Assembly: GCA_964016885.1 (NCBI GenBank) | Contig: OZ024740.1 | Location: forward strand, 100,254,001 to 100,318,000 | Direction of reading: 5' to 3' | DNA length: 64,000 bases | Source: Eledone cirrhosa | Taxonomy: Eukaryota | Shown: one piece after another, positions 40,413-54,219 of the stretch | How the letters are laid out: every line of letters begins with the position of its first letter | Numbering within the stretch: the first letter of the stretch is position 1 | Translations under genes and position numbers: made by a program | Notes under the pieces: generated by a model | What the model was told of the DNA's origin: nothing | The model's input: the letters and a program-made list of their open reading frames with translations, nothing else | The model's database searches: none

Positions 40413-40651
40413 TCCTTTCTCAGTGTTGAATAAAAGGGCAACGATGGTTGCTAAACAATGTACGGCTTAATTCGGGATGTTTGTTTACAAACGCACCGAG
40501 CATTATAATAAATGTTCGGTGAATCCATACGTACATATATATATGTGTGCATGTATGTATATATATACATACTTATATTTAAGCAACAGCCGTACTAAGA
40601 GTGAGAAATGAAATTTCGTTTCATTTTTTCCGTTTATATATATATATATAT

Positions 40652-43556
40652 ATCATCATCATCATCATCATCATCAACGTTTAACGTCCGTGTTCCACGC
40701 TTGCATGGGTTTGGACGGGGGTAGTCCCACTTGAGGCAAGAGTGATTGTCTTGCTCGCATAGGACTGTCTGGCAGGTTTTCTACAGTTGGATGCCCTTCC
40801 TAACACCAACCACATTTACAGTGTGGGTCTGGGAGGTTTTTACCGTGTTGCCTACACGGCCACATTACAGCGTGGACTGTGTGTTTTTTTGTCGTGACAC
40901 CTACACGATCTCATTTGTTTCGGCCTGGATGGCGCGGCACCAACATAACTTTACATAGAACGGGGTGGTGTGGATGGGGTGGGGGTGGTGGTGGTGGGAC
41001 GGGGTGTATTTTGTTAGAGATGCCTACTGGCTGGAGTAGGTTTTACTATATATTTAGGTAAGGCGGGTCTTCTCTGTTACTGAGTACCGCCAAAGGTCTC
41101 GGTCCAGTGACATTGTCTTGGAGAGGTGTAAGTGTGTGATGTCGGAGTTTATCAGCTCGTCCCAGGTTTTTCTAGGTCTGCCTATTCCGTGACTACCGTC
41201 TATCTTTATTGCCCTGCACTTTCTTATACAGCTATCGATTTTCATGCGCATCACGTGTCCATACCAACGTAGCCTTCTCTCGAGTAAACAACATCTGATC
41301 CCTCTTATCTATAATTTTTTCCTTAGTTCGTTTATGCTTTGCCGTTCACGTATATTACTGTTACACATCCAGCGGAGTATGCAAGCTTCGTTCCTCTCTA
41401 GTCTGCGTATATCCTCTGCACACAATGCCCAGGTCTCACTGCCATGCAGCATTGCTGTTCGTATGCAGGCATCGTACAACCTGCCTTTCATTTTTAGGGA
41501 GAGCCCTTTAGCAGCTAATAGTGGTATAAGCTCTCTGAACTTTTTCCAACCAGTTCTGACTCTAGCTACAGTACTTTCAGAGCACCCTCCCCCACTGCTG
41601 ATTTTATCGCCCAGGTAACGGAAGCTGTCCACTATTTTTATAGAACCCTCTGCGCAATTGAAAGAGCTAGTATTTTGTGGGCACTTGCTGCTACTTATTG
41701 CACCAGAACACCGGCCACATGTAAAATCTATGTTCTTAGTTAGCTTACCTGTGATCCCACTACATCTTTTATGCACCCATACTTTGCATTTAGGACATAA
41801 AATGGAGTTTCTACATACGCCTTTCCTACACACCGAGCACGACCATTTCCCAGAAGGGATCGCCGCCTTGTTTTCTTTCCTACAAACTAGAACTTTGGTC
41901 TTAGCCAGGTTAATTTTAAGTCCTTTTGACTCTAGGCTGTGCTTCCATGTTTGGAATTTCTTCTCTAGCTTGGCCATTGATTCCGCTATGAGTGTCAGGT
42001 CGTCTGCGTATAGGAGTTCCCATGGGCAGCCTGTCTTGAACTCCTCTGTTATAGCCTGAAGGGCAATAATAAATAGTAGGGGGCTGAGAACAGAGCCCTG
42101 ATGGACGCCAACTTTTACGCTAAACTCTTCACTATATTCGTTGTTAATTCTAACCTTGCTGACTGTTTCTTTATACATGGCTTGTATAGCCCTCACAAGC
42201 CATTCGTCAACGCCTAGTTTTCTAAGAGCCCACCAGATAATGGAGCGGGGGACTCTGTCGAAGGCTTTCTCCAAGTCGACAAAAGCTAAGTAGAGGGGTT
42301 TACCTTTAGCTAGGTACTTCTCCTGTAGTTGTCGTACTATGAAAAGAGCGTCTGTGGTACTTTTGCCTGACACAAACCCGAACTGCATTTCATCTAGGTC
42401 AATTTTCTCTCTGATTAGTTGCGTTATTACTTTTTCCGTGACCTTCATGACCTGGTCGATTAATTTAATGCCTCTATAGTTACTCCTATCTAGGGCGTCT
42501 CCTTTACCCTTATAACAGTTAACGATGATGCTGCTATGCCAGTCCTTCGGGACAACCCCATTCTGTACGACTTGGTTAACTATGGGGGTGACCATGGTGT
42601 GTCCCACCGTGCCAGATGCCTTCAGCATCTCAGCAATTATTTCCGAAGGCCCAGCCGCCTTACCCGTCTTCATATCCTTGATTGCCTTACTTATTATACT
42701 CCCCTCGACTAACACTGCTGGTCCCTCTATTGGGTCGATACGGGGGAGACTGTCTTTCTCCCATTTATTCTCCTCATTTAGTAGCCTTTCATAGTGACAC
42801 TTCCAAGCTACCTTCTTATCAGCGTCGGTGATGGCAAGTCTGCCATCGTCGTTTAGTACACACTTCTCCCGACAATATCACGGTTTTCCTTGACGCATTG
42901 CCTAGCAATCCTGAACACCTCACGTTTTTGGTCATCGCGTTGTAGAACATGCTTGAACTTTCTTTCCTCAGCTTCCCTTCTTGCTAAGTACACTTGTCTC
43001 CTAGCTTCCCTCCTGGCCACTTGATAGTCTTCTCTACTTCCCCCATCCCGCCATACTTTCCAAGCCTGCTTTTTGGCCTTAATTGACCCCTCCACCTTAC
43101 TGTTCCACCACCATGTTACTCTCCTCCTGCCTACAGGCCTGCTCCAGCCACAGACTTCGTCTGTCGCCAACAGCAGGTTTGCTTTCAGAAATTCCCACTC
43201 TCCCTCTATATTGTCCGACTCTAAATGTTCTTCCTTACTGTCGAAAGCATCAAGTAATATGCTTTGAAATTTATTCCTGGCTGTGGGGTCCTTTAGCTTC
43301 CATATTTTTCTCCTGAGGATAGTCCTCTTCTGCTGTCGAGTACGTCTCGTCCTGACTATGAGGTCGCTAATTATCAGTCTATGTTGGGAGGTGCATTCTT
43401 CATGGGGGAGGAATTTAGTGTTTACAACAGACACTCTGTCACGTCTTCTGGTAAGGATATAATCTACCTGGCTTGTGTGTTCCCCGGATCTATAGGTGAT
43501 CAGGTGATTGTCACGTTTTTTGAAGTTAGTGTTACAGATAGTTAGGTTATTTGCAT
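40652..43556 (-). mobile_element. 5'-truncated RTE LINE with few disruptions
   Basis: ORFs 42853-43434, 41309-42715 and 41054-41254; (GAT)n tail on (TA)n. Confidence 0.93.
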
Positions 43557-43563
43557 GACCCTC

Positions 43564-43636
<73 letters not shown>

Positions 43637-43949
43637 GTATATATATATATATATGTCTATATATATATATGAATATATATAGATAAACAAATAAATAGAT
43701 ATATATATAAATATATATATATATTTATATATATATATATATAAGTATATATATATATATATATATATTTCGTTTCTGAATTTGTTTAGCAAGATTCTTT
43801 ATCTGAAAACATGTGTTGAAACCGATATTGTTATACTTTGGGAGGGTCATGTTGTCAATAAGAAACACATGCACTAGTTGCTTTCACTTCAATTTATTAT
43901 AAATTTCCGGTTGGTTTCTTGATGATGATGATGATATATATATATATAT

Positions 43950-44081
43950 AACAAAGACATTGTGGTAAGGAGCCAGATGGACCTTAACGCACCAGAGTAC
44001 TCAATACTTAGGGTAGTAGAGTGGGAAATAGGAAAAAGTAACACCCCAACGGCAGAGCTCAAGCCGTTTCGACGGCTATTT
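43950..44081 (-). mobile_element. Family E element
   Basis: Minus strand begins AATAGCCGTC-GAAACGGCTTGAGCTCTGCCGTT-GGGGTG, then the family tail to (TA)n. Confidence 0.7.
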
Positions 44082-45364
44082 ATATATATATATACCCACA
44101 ATCCATACATAAATCATATGCATTTTGCCCTGAATACTAATACTTAATAAAACTTATGGATTAGGATCTCTGCTTCACATCATGCCCAAGCCCAATGCTT
44201 GCTTTGGGGGGGGGGGGGGGGGGGGGGGGGCTTGATCTCACGTTTATCTTGTGTTTATTCCCAACTTTGCATGTGGCTTAGTATAGATGCTCTAAGAGAA
44301 TAGGTAGAATGCCTTCATGACAAATAAATGAAGACAAGAAAGTGAAGAGCAAGAAAGTTATGCTAATGATAGTCAAATGTTAGTATTTGTCATATGTTTG
44401 CCTATTAATTGGATAACTCCACATGAAGTGAGAATGGTTATCTATTTATTCTGCTAGATTAACTGAGATAAGTAATTGCACATTTTCTAAACACATCATA
44501 TCAATGACAATGTTTAAGCTTTTCACATTCAACAATTTATTGATAATTACTGGTCTAATTATGTAAATCAGTGAACTATTGATTTTGGTTATAGCCTTTT
44601 CATATGAAGGTGGTCAATCTGGTATTACAGTGTCTGGAGATTTATTCTAGTTCACTACACTCTGAGTTCAAATCATACTGAAGGGCAATTGGCTCTGCAG
44701 CTTTTGGAATTAATAGTACCAACCAAAGCCAGTGCAGACCCATCTGCAACCAACTGTCACATCCTTGATTTTCAAACGAAGCAAGAGGGGAAGATTGGCG
44801 AGAGTGCTTGTAACTGCACAAGTATCTAAAACCCTTAGCTTGAGCATAATACTAAGTCGTCATCTTTGATTGTGAATCAAGGCCAAAGTTTTCACTTCAC
44901 ATAGTTTTATTATTTGCTCAAGAAATGCATGACTTTCATTTTCCTTTATCTACAAACTTAAGGTTTTGATACATCTGTAATTATGATTTGTTCAATATTC
45001 TTAGTTTTTCTAATCTAACTTATCACTCTCCATACTTCTTTGCAATTAATATTAGGTATCTCAACTCATATAGTGCTTGCCCTCTGATACTACACTATTT
45101 TCAAGCTTATACACTTCTAATAAACATTACCATGTTATCAAAGCTGATGATGATGCTACTCGAATCAAATGAGCCAATGAGGAAGTCTCTATATAATCAT
45201 GTGAATTATTCAATATTAATTTTAATGATTTTCTTAGAGGAAACCATGCTGCTTTCTCTCAAATTGTTGAAATATATTTCTGATGCCAACTTGTCCTGCA
45301 ATAGAGACTAGATATCTGAACACACACACAAACACAGACACACATACACACACACATATATATA

Positions 45365-45981
45365 AGACCCAGACCCCCCATGTAAATGGGTCGATGTATA
45401 CATCTTATATGCACAACTTTCCCCCACCCTTTCCATACATCCCCATGCCCTAACAACCCTTCCCCACCCTCCCAAGTCCCCAGTCCAAACAGTAAAGTAG
45501 TTGTGATGACATCATGAAAAAAAGTGCCAAGCCCACACTCTAAAGTGATTGTATAGGTGTCATGTCAAAACACCCCAGTCCACATTGTAAAGTAGTCGTG
45601 TAGGTGTGATGACAAAAAGACTCCAGCTGTCATTGTAAAGTGTTCATATAGGTGACATGAGAAGAAGTGGCCAGCCAACAATGTAAACGTGTTGTGTAGG
45701 GAACATGACAAAAACACCCAGCCCACTCTGTAAAGTGGTTGTGTAGATAACACTACAAAAAGTCCTCAGGACACACTGTTTGTAGGGGTCCCAACAATAA
45801 GTGCCCAGCCCACACTACAAAGTGGTTGTGTAGGTGACACAACAAAAGCACCAGCACACCCAAAATTAGTCCTGTATGAGCAAGTCATGGTCAATGAACT
45901 TGGCTTGTCGCACAACAGGGCAACTCGCCTAACCCATGCTAGCATGAAAAATGGATGTTAAACACCATTGATGATGATGAT
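45365..45981 (+). mobile_element. RTE 3' UTR with expanded 44 bp tandem array
   Basis: About 8 diverged units of CAGCCCACACTGTAAAGTGGTTGTGTAGGTGNCAYGACAAAAAGCACC, then the RTE terminus and GAT tail. Confidence 0.75.
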
Positions 45982-47007
45982 AAATATATATATATATATG
46001 TATATGTAAAGAATGGTGTGCTTATGCACAGAGATGCTATAAAATAGCTTATAAAATAAGGTGAAGACCCATAAAGAAGGAAAAAGAAGTTGCCATCAGC
46101 CTCTATGTATATAGCACTCAGTCGTGTGATCTAGGGTAATATTCATGGTCTGTGGACATACTGGAGCACCAGCATCTTTGTTGCTACATATCATAGCTCC
46201 CCACATATGGGTGGTTTTTAATGATTTGATATTTCTGCTATTATTTGTAATTCTCACCATGATGTAGGTTCATCCATGATCTTTTGTAGGTGCTTCTTAA
46301 AGAGATTTTCATCCAGCACAAGAGATCATGTTTTCAGCAGAGTATTGATGAGATGTAGGCCTTTTAACACTAAGCTATTGCTGTATCTGGTTTTTACCCT
46401 ATGTGTGAGTGGGGGAGGGGAGGGGGGGGGGGGGCTTTTAGCACTATGCTGTAACATCTTTTATTTGGGTTGGTTCAAATATTTTATTGTGTATTGGTGA
46501 ACCATCAATCAATCAAGAGAGATGAATAGAAAGTGGGAGGCAGTGAAAGTGGGAGATAAAGCTACAGATAGTAGGAGTAAGAAAAAGCAAGACTGTGTGA
46601 TATGTATTTTCTGCAAAGTAAAACAAGGCAACAATATTACAGAATGATTAAATTAACTTATACTAGGACTAGTGTTGTTGTTTACCCCCAAGTCAGTCAT
46701 GACTATTATTAAAGCTGGTCAAATTGTGACCAGCATGCCTTTTTTTCTGACAGTGTATTTGGACCATAATGTCCAATATATTCATCTATCAAAGATGGTA
46801 GGGTGTCATATTAGTTGCAAATGTTTACATGTGGAAGGACCAAGGAGAATCACCGTTGTTGGCTCAGTTCCTCATGGTGTATGTATGCTTATATAATTGG
46901 GAGTAAAGACTGAAAAGGAAGCAGGATAGGATGGGAGAATCAAAAGCTATGAAGAAAGAAAGAGAAGCGATATACAATAGACCACACTTACACACACGTA
47001 TATATAT

Positions 47008-47595
47008 CATCATCATTATAACCATTTTACGTCCATTCTTCCACGCTAGCATGAGTTAGACGGGTTGCCCTGTTGTTGGCAGTTCCTGGTGGGCTGACCT
47101 TGTCTTATTCATACGGGAATTGATTTTGCCTCAATTTCTAAAGCTGGATGCACTTCCTAACACCAACCTCATTTACATTGAGTGTTGGGTGCTTTTGTTC
47201 CATGGTGCCTACACGACCACTTTACAGTGTGGGCTGGGTGATTTTTTGCTGTGGCACCTCCACGACCACTTTGCAGTGGAAGGGGGTGGGGCATATTCTT
47301 TATATGCTTCAGCTTCGGCTTGTACCCATGGGAAGTCGTCATCATCATCATCATCATCATTTAACGTCCATCTTCCATGCTTGCACGGGTTTGGATGGGA
47401 ATTTTCCCACTTGAGGCATGATTGGTTGTCTTGCTCGTATAGGACTGTCTGGTGGTTTTTCTACGGCTGGATGCCCTTCCTAACACCAACCACGTTTACA
47501 GTGTGGACTGGGAGGTTTTTACCGTGTTACCTACATGGCCACATTACAGCATGGACTGTGTGTTTCTTTTGTCATGACACATACACGACCTCATT
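47008..47595 (-). mobile_element. Two adjacent RTE 3' UTR fragments from different subfamilies
   Basis: Two (CAT)n tails at about 47008 and 47338, each followed by 3' UTR. Confidence 0.8.
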
Positions 47596-49979
47596 ATATA
47601 TATATATTTTCCTATCTAATTGGATCCTTGTCAGAAGGCACATATATTATCCAATCAACCATAAAGAAACATGTATTTGATGGGTATATATATCCATTCA
47701 CTCAGAGTATTATTCTGAAATGGATGAACTGATTTGCATATAATTAGCGTTCATGTTGGTAAATAAATAAGATATATATTAAGAAGTGTGTTAGCAGCTG
47801 AAGTGTATGATAAAATTGTATCTATAGAAATACAGAGTCTGTAACCAAGAGAGCACCAACGTGTATAAATATATATACATATCTAATATGTAGGCATGTA
47901 AACATGCCAGAAAATTCGAATTTCCATGTAAATTGAAAATATAATTAACACCTTTAATCGACTTTCTGGTCTATATATATACACATGATTCTATCTGCAA
48001 AATTCCATTCACAAGCTATTAGTTGACCCACAGCTATAGAGGCATCACTCAATAGGATTGAACAATATATGTTTGTTTTTATGTTTTATATCAGCCTGAT
48101 TAGACAGATCTATGATGAAATACATTCCAACAATAACCATCTCATGTATTTTAGGAATATTCTAGTACATTATCTAATGTGTCCATCCCTTTTTTAACAT
48201 AGTGGGGGATTTTGAAAGAGATTTGGCTGCTATTGCTTGGATCTTTTAATATCAGGTTGCCTTTCAAATTATTCATAATTTGAAATTTTGAATACAAGTA
48301 AAATTTATGTTGGGTGTATAAATGGGGAAAACATGGTTATGTGTCTTGATCAATGTAATATTATACAATTTTTTATGTAGTGAGATTTGAACTCATAACC
48401 AGATCAAGATATATTATACCATTATCTCTAACATCATTGATACTTGTTGCTTATTTTTCATTACATGAACAGACTTTTTAAAAAAGGCAGTCATTTTTAA
48501 ATATTGTGATTCCTGCAACTAATTTCTGAATTAAATGCAAAACTGAAGATATTTAACATAAATAAATATATAAACAGATGGATAAATGGAAATGAATAAC
48601 TTTTCTTTTCATTGAATTTAAAGTCGAAATATCAACGAAATCTTTTACATTAATTTAAAATAAAGAAGTCTTTTTATATAGCTTATAAATTATATCTGTT
48701 CACATGCTTAAAACTTTTCTACCATTTAGAGATGAATGGAATAGTTAGAAATTAGTAATTCTATCAAAAGAGCAATAAATCCTAAATCAGAATGTTTTTC
48801 TTGTTTTGTATAATTTTTCTAAACCATTATATGAAACCATTATATTAATTCAATTAATTTATTTTAATGAACAAATAATTTAAACTCAATCTCTTTTAAC
48901 CATGCATGTTTAAAATAAAATAGATATTTTAACCTTTCAAAAGCTAAACGATGTAAACAAAAACAACAACAACTAGAACCTAAAAGAAATATAAATTTTA
49001 AAAAATTACATGCAGATCGAGAACATTGATCAAAATAATGTTATTTTCTAATTTTCTATATTTATTCGCCTTTTTCTACATTTATTCGCCTTATTTAACA
49101 ATTTTTAATCAACTGACATTTCCCTTTTCAATCATTATTTTTTCTGTTTTTATTTTATTTTCCAATTTTCTTAAATATTTTCTTTTCATATTTTCCAATA
49201 TTTTTTTTATTTTCTGAATTTCAGTTTATTTTACAAATATATTTATTTATATATTTATTCATTTGCATAATAATTCTAGCTGATACTACGAAAACTACAA
49301 TAATAACATTTGGATATACTAAGAACATAATGCAATTTTGTATACATAGAAAAATATGCACCATTGCGACTACTACATTAGATTATGCTACCACATTATA
49401 ATATATATATATATATATATATATTGTCCATGATTATATAAATTGTATTTACATGAACATTGACAATATCTTATTGTAGAGTTGTATTTCATCACTAGCA
49501 TTATTTGAAAATGAAAGAGTACGGGTATGTACATGTGTGTGTGTGTGTTTGTGTGTGCATGCATGCATGCATATGTGTACCTTCTTATTACTAAATTACT
49601 TCTGTTCATCTGACACATATAATGATTGCTTTCTCTGGCAGCTTTCCTATGATCCCACAACACTACACGCATATCCAAAGTTTACTCTAGGTTCACTGTA
49701 TGAAATTTCTACCCACATTTCAAGCAGGAACATTTCCCCTGTGTTGTCAGTGTCTTGTCCTCTTTTATCCTTACTAAATCTGTAATCTTTGTTAAGTTTA
49801 CTTAGAAGATTTTGGTTTCAAATTTTGCTTCCATGTCTAGAATTTTGTAAATTTTCTTCAGCTGCTACTATAAGAACTAAGATATCAGTAGGACTAGGTT
49901 ATTCCTTATGCAAAATATGCAGATACTTAGAACATCAAATGAAGAAGTGCACCATTTTATTAAAATTAAATGTAATTGT

Positions 49980-50240
49980 CACTGTAAAGGGTACATGTAG
50001 GTGTCATGACAAAAAGCACCCAGTACACACTGTCAAGTAATCGTGTAGGTGTCACAACAAAAATTAACCAGCACACACTGTAGGTCTAGTTGGTGTTAGG
50101 AAGAACATCCAGCCATATAAACCAAGCCAAAACCAGTTCTGTATGAGCAAGACATGGTCATTGGAATTGGCTTTTCTCACAATGAGGCAACTTGTCTAAT
50201 CCATGCTAGCATGGAAGAATGGACATTAAAAGATGATAAT
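49980..50240 (+). mobile_element. RTE 3' UTR fragment
   Basis: 44 bp units, GTTGGTGTTAGGAAG, CCATGCTAGCATGG terminus. Confidence 0.75.
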
Positions 50241-50919
50241 GAGGAGGTGCACCATTATCTTTTAAGTGCTTAAGCTCTCAAAACAATTTAATCTGGCCCC
50301 GGATGTTAGTATGCATGAGTTCTCACAGACAGCTGGCCTGAAACACCTTTGTAATATATATCAGAGAGAGCTGGAAACAGAATCCTAAAGAACATCTAAC
50401 TGCATATTAAATTCTTTGCAAATTTCATTGTTTAGTGCACCTCTGAAAAGACACACTTTTGGGATAGATAAACCATGTTCCTGCATGTCATAAGGAAGGA
50501 TTTCAATTTTGTTAGATCTCATTACTAAAGCATATCCATTTGCATGGGTTGCATAGGTTTTTTTCCAGCTTCCTTCCACCTACGGAATGTTTTCATCATT
50601 TCCTCTGTGTGGTACAGTGTTTTGAGATCTGTTCCCACCACTTCTGCTCAAGTCTTCCTTAGTCTGCCTTATTACAGCTTCCTTCCATTGGAAACTTCTG
50701 TCACATCTTCACCCACCAATCGTCATTCATATGCAACACATGTCCATAACAGAGCAGTCTTCTCTCTTGTCCACGGCATTTGATTTTTCATATATCCAGT
50801 TTTTCTTTTAGTTATACTTTTACTGGTTGTTTCAACAATAGAGTTGAGGGAAACACTTCATGGAGCAATGTACACAGTATATTGACAATGTAGAAAATGA
50901 CATGTAGAAAAGCATATTG

Positions 50920-51190
50920 CTAATGATGGGACATTTTTGAACACTCATCATCTTAAACAGACATTCAACATGATTTAAAAATCGTGAGCCACATGAAAGA
51001 TTTACAAAAAGACTGGGAAACTGCTTCAAGTGTCTTAGCTGTAGATTCCCTGACATTCATGCAAAAATATGTCAAGACTCATTGCAAAAATATGTCAAGC
51101 TTGGTAAACATTTCAGAACAGTTCTAGCAAGTTTGGAAACATTGTGTGATAAAAGAACATGTTTATAGCATAAAGTCTACTTGAGACTAT
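50920..51190 (-). pseudogene. Probable mariner transposase N-terminal relic
   Basis: Minus frame reads KSFMWLTIFKSC*MSV*DDECS, resembling mariner W..RFK.GR.S.EDD.RSGRP. Confidence 0.4.
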
Positions 51191-51557
51191 ATTTATGATC
51201 ATCAGCTTAAAATCACAGCATGAGCAGCCTGTAGAATTTCTTATATAAAATGATTGTGTATATATATAAATATATCATTATCATCATCATCATCATAAAT
51301 ATTTAGTGTTCATTTTTCCATGCCTGCGTGGGTTATATATGTATATATTTCATTTATGTTAGGTTGATTACCAATGAGTAGAACTCGTTGTTCGGGTTGG
51401 TAAACGATGATGCAACAAATTAAGCACTCAACAATAAGCAAATCATTCATTTTAGTTGGGGTACCAGTGGTTGGTGCAGGAATGGAGTAAAGTATGCGTT
51501 AAAACAACAACAGAAGGCTGGACTGGGAAATTTACTTTAGAATTTTAATCCTGTGAA

Positions 51558-51633
51558 AGCACTATACATATTTCTATGGCTGAGCTCTATCATCTAATTT
51601 TGATGTAAGACTAAACAATTTCATCAGCTGTTA
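51558..51633 (-). ncRNA. Diverged family B hammerhead with long stem II
   Basis: Minus strand CTGATGA-A-(about 45 nt hairpin)-A-GAA-ATATGTAT-A-GTGC, followed by the family B tail CAGTCCAGCCTTCTG; stem I is weak. Confidence 0.55.
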
Positions 51634-52405
51634 TTTGCCGAATTATATAAGATTAGGTTGAACAGAAACAGAGAATAAAATATAGAAGATACAAAGAAAA
51701 TAGTAAATATAAAATAAAGGATCAATTTGATTTGGGTGCCACCTGCTAATTAAATGTTATATCAATAGCAGACAATACCCGAATGTCACGTGATCAGCTA
51801 GTGTCAGACATGCGGGCTGGTAGGCATGGTGGAGGTGGTGTGGATTGTCAAGAGGCAACTGGAATACATCCATCCTTAGAAAATGCCATTCATTAATTAC
51901 AGCCAAGGCTTCTCTGTTGCAGAGATCAAAGAGTATTAAACTGGTGGATGTCAGTCCAAAATATCAGCCTACCCTGACGGCATGTATTTAAAGTGTCAAA
52001 TTACTATAGATAGGATCTATGTAAAAAGAATATTAGTCTCCTGATATTTTCATAGCAAAAATATGTTTTCCACATAGCATGAATCTGTTCTTGTTCCACA
52101 TAATGATATAATTATGATTGCATATATTTCACCCATCTCAAGAAAATGTCTTCCTGTACCGCTCTTATGTCTTCCTGTTTATGAAAGGCAATGTTTAGTC
52201 GTAATGTTTTCGAAATATTTACACTTCTATGTCTACAGATGAATTTTTCTCAGCAGAAATTCTTTGCGTAATCTGTAATCTGAACTAATAATGAATATTT
52301 GCTCTACCGGTTTATACATACTTATATATATATATATATATATATAATCCTTATGAATCCCTCTTCGGATTTTACTCTTTGCATTTATTATTACTATATG
52401 TGGCT

Positions 52406-52588
52406 TGGCAGTATCGGTAGAGGGTCGGACGTCATGCTTTGACGCATAGAATTACGGCACTTTCCATTCTGAGTTCAAATCCCGCCGAGGTCAACTTTGC
52501 CTTTCATCCTTACGGGGTCGATAAAATAAAGTACCAGTAATGTACTGGTGAATTGCTGGCCTTGTGCCAAAAGTAGAAACAATTATTA
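52406..52588 (+). mobile_element. Meta-type SINE
   Basis: As 1869; TSD TTATTACTATAT. Confidence 0.87.
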
Positions 52589-53206
52589 CTATATATAGTC
52601 TAACCCATGCTAGCGTGGAAGATGTACGTTAAACGAAGATGATGAGATTATGATACATACATATTATACACACACACACGCGCGCGTGCATGCACATATC
52701 ATCATCATCTTTGTTTAACGTTCATATTCCACGCTAGCATGGGTTAGATGGGAGTTGTCCCACTTGAGGCAAGGTTGGTCGGGTGACTGTGTCTCGCTCA
52801 TATAGGACTATCTGGCAGGTTTTCTTCAGCTGGATGCCCTTCCTAAAACCTATATATATATATATTTGTTGTCCATAGAGTCTTTATGGATGAGATGAGG
52901 TGTCCCTGACCAACTAAATCTTAGATCACAACAATCCACTTATTTATGCTAGCATGAAATATGGTTGCAAAATGATGAAGATGATGAAGATGATGTTACT
53001 AGTTGCAAGATCTGAAAAATCATTATTCAATTTAGCAGGTGATATATCAATGAAAGTAGAGTATAGATATTATTCATGAATAATATATATGTGTGTCTTT
53101 ATTCGTACACATGCACACACACACACACATACACACATATATATACACATATACATTTCACTTGCATTGAAGGTAACTTTACATCAGTAGCATATGTATA
53201 TATGTG

Positions 53207-54018
53207 TGTCTGTTCAGGGAGCTAATGCCACTGCTAACTGCAAAAGGCTTTTCACGCAAAGTGAAAGGCAGACTGTATGATGTGTGCATACGAACAGCAA
53301 TCTTACATGGTAGTGAGACCTGGGCGCGGTGCATAGAAGACTCACGTAGATTAGAAAGAAACGGATCTTGCATGCTCCGATGGATGTGTAATAGTAATAT
53401 ACGTGAACGGCAAAGCATAAACAAACTGAAAGAGATACTGAGCATAAGAGGAATCAAATGCTGTGTGCAGGAGAGGAGGATGCATTGGTAAAGACATGTG
53501 ATGCATATGAAGGATGACAGCTACATAAAAAGGTGCAGAGCACTAAAAGTTGATGGAAACCATGGAGTGGGGAGACCCAAGAAGACCTGGGACAAGGTAA
53601 TAAAAGCGGACCTTGCCCAATTGCACCTCCCAACGGCAATGACACAGGACTGAGACCTCTGGTGTCATGCAGTAATACAGAAGACCCGACTTCCAAGCCA
53701 AAGCCTAAGCATATAGACAATATGCCCTCACCCCCTCCCACTGTAAAGTGGTCGTGGAGGTGTTACGACAAAAAAGTACCAAGACCCCACTGTAAAGTGG
53801 ACGTGTAGGCGCCACGGGACAAAGCACCCACCACTCACTGTAAATGAGGTTGGTGTTATGAAGCGCCTTCATCTGTAGAAAGCAAGCGAAAATCAGTTCC
53901 CAGATGAGCAAGACAAGGTCAGCCAACCTAACATTGCCCACAACATGACAACACGTCTAACCGATGGTAGCATGGAAGAATCAACGTAAAACGGTGATGA
54001 TGATGATGATGATGATGA
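53207..54018 (+). mobile_element. RTE LINE 3' fragment
   Basis: ORF 53204-53491, 3' UTR and (GAT)n tail. Confidence 0.88.
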
Positions 54019-54159
54019 TATAGATATATATATATATATATATATAAATACATATGGCAACTACTGGCTCTGGCCACCTTCAAGTCTTAAACATTTCTCT
54101 CTACTTTTCAGCCCCTTGGATTGTGTCTACCATTTCTATATTTATTAGATAAATTTTGT

Positions 54160-54219
54160 AACGCCTGATGATGTCACCGGATTCCTACAGAACCCGGTCA
54201 TTGAAATGTGCATAGTGTT
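54160..54219 (+). ncRNA. Minimal type I hammerhead (family B)
   Basis: AACGC-CTGATGA-T-GTCACCGGATTCCTACAGAACCCGGTCAT-T-GAA-ATGTGCAT-A-GTGTT, then AATAAA. Confidence 0.78.

Larger units (their letters stand above)
39395..40636. mobile_element. Family A element copy 3: inverted unit + sense unit, with an RTE fragment at the junction
   Basis: 39395-39870 is reverse complement; 40282-40636 is sense and ends CGTTT|ATATA. Confidence 0.85.

Noticed and set aside
45480-45860. CRISPR-like periodicity
   Set aside because: Whole units are repeated with no unique spacers, no cas genes, and the context is a eukaryotic LINE UTR
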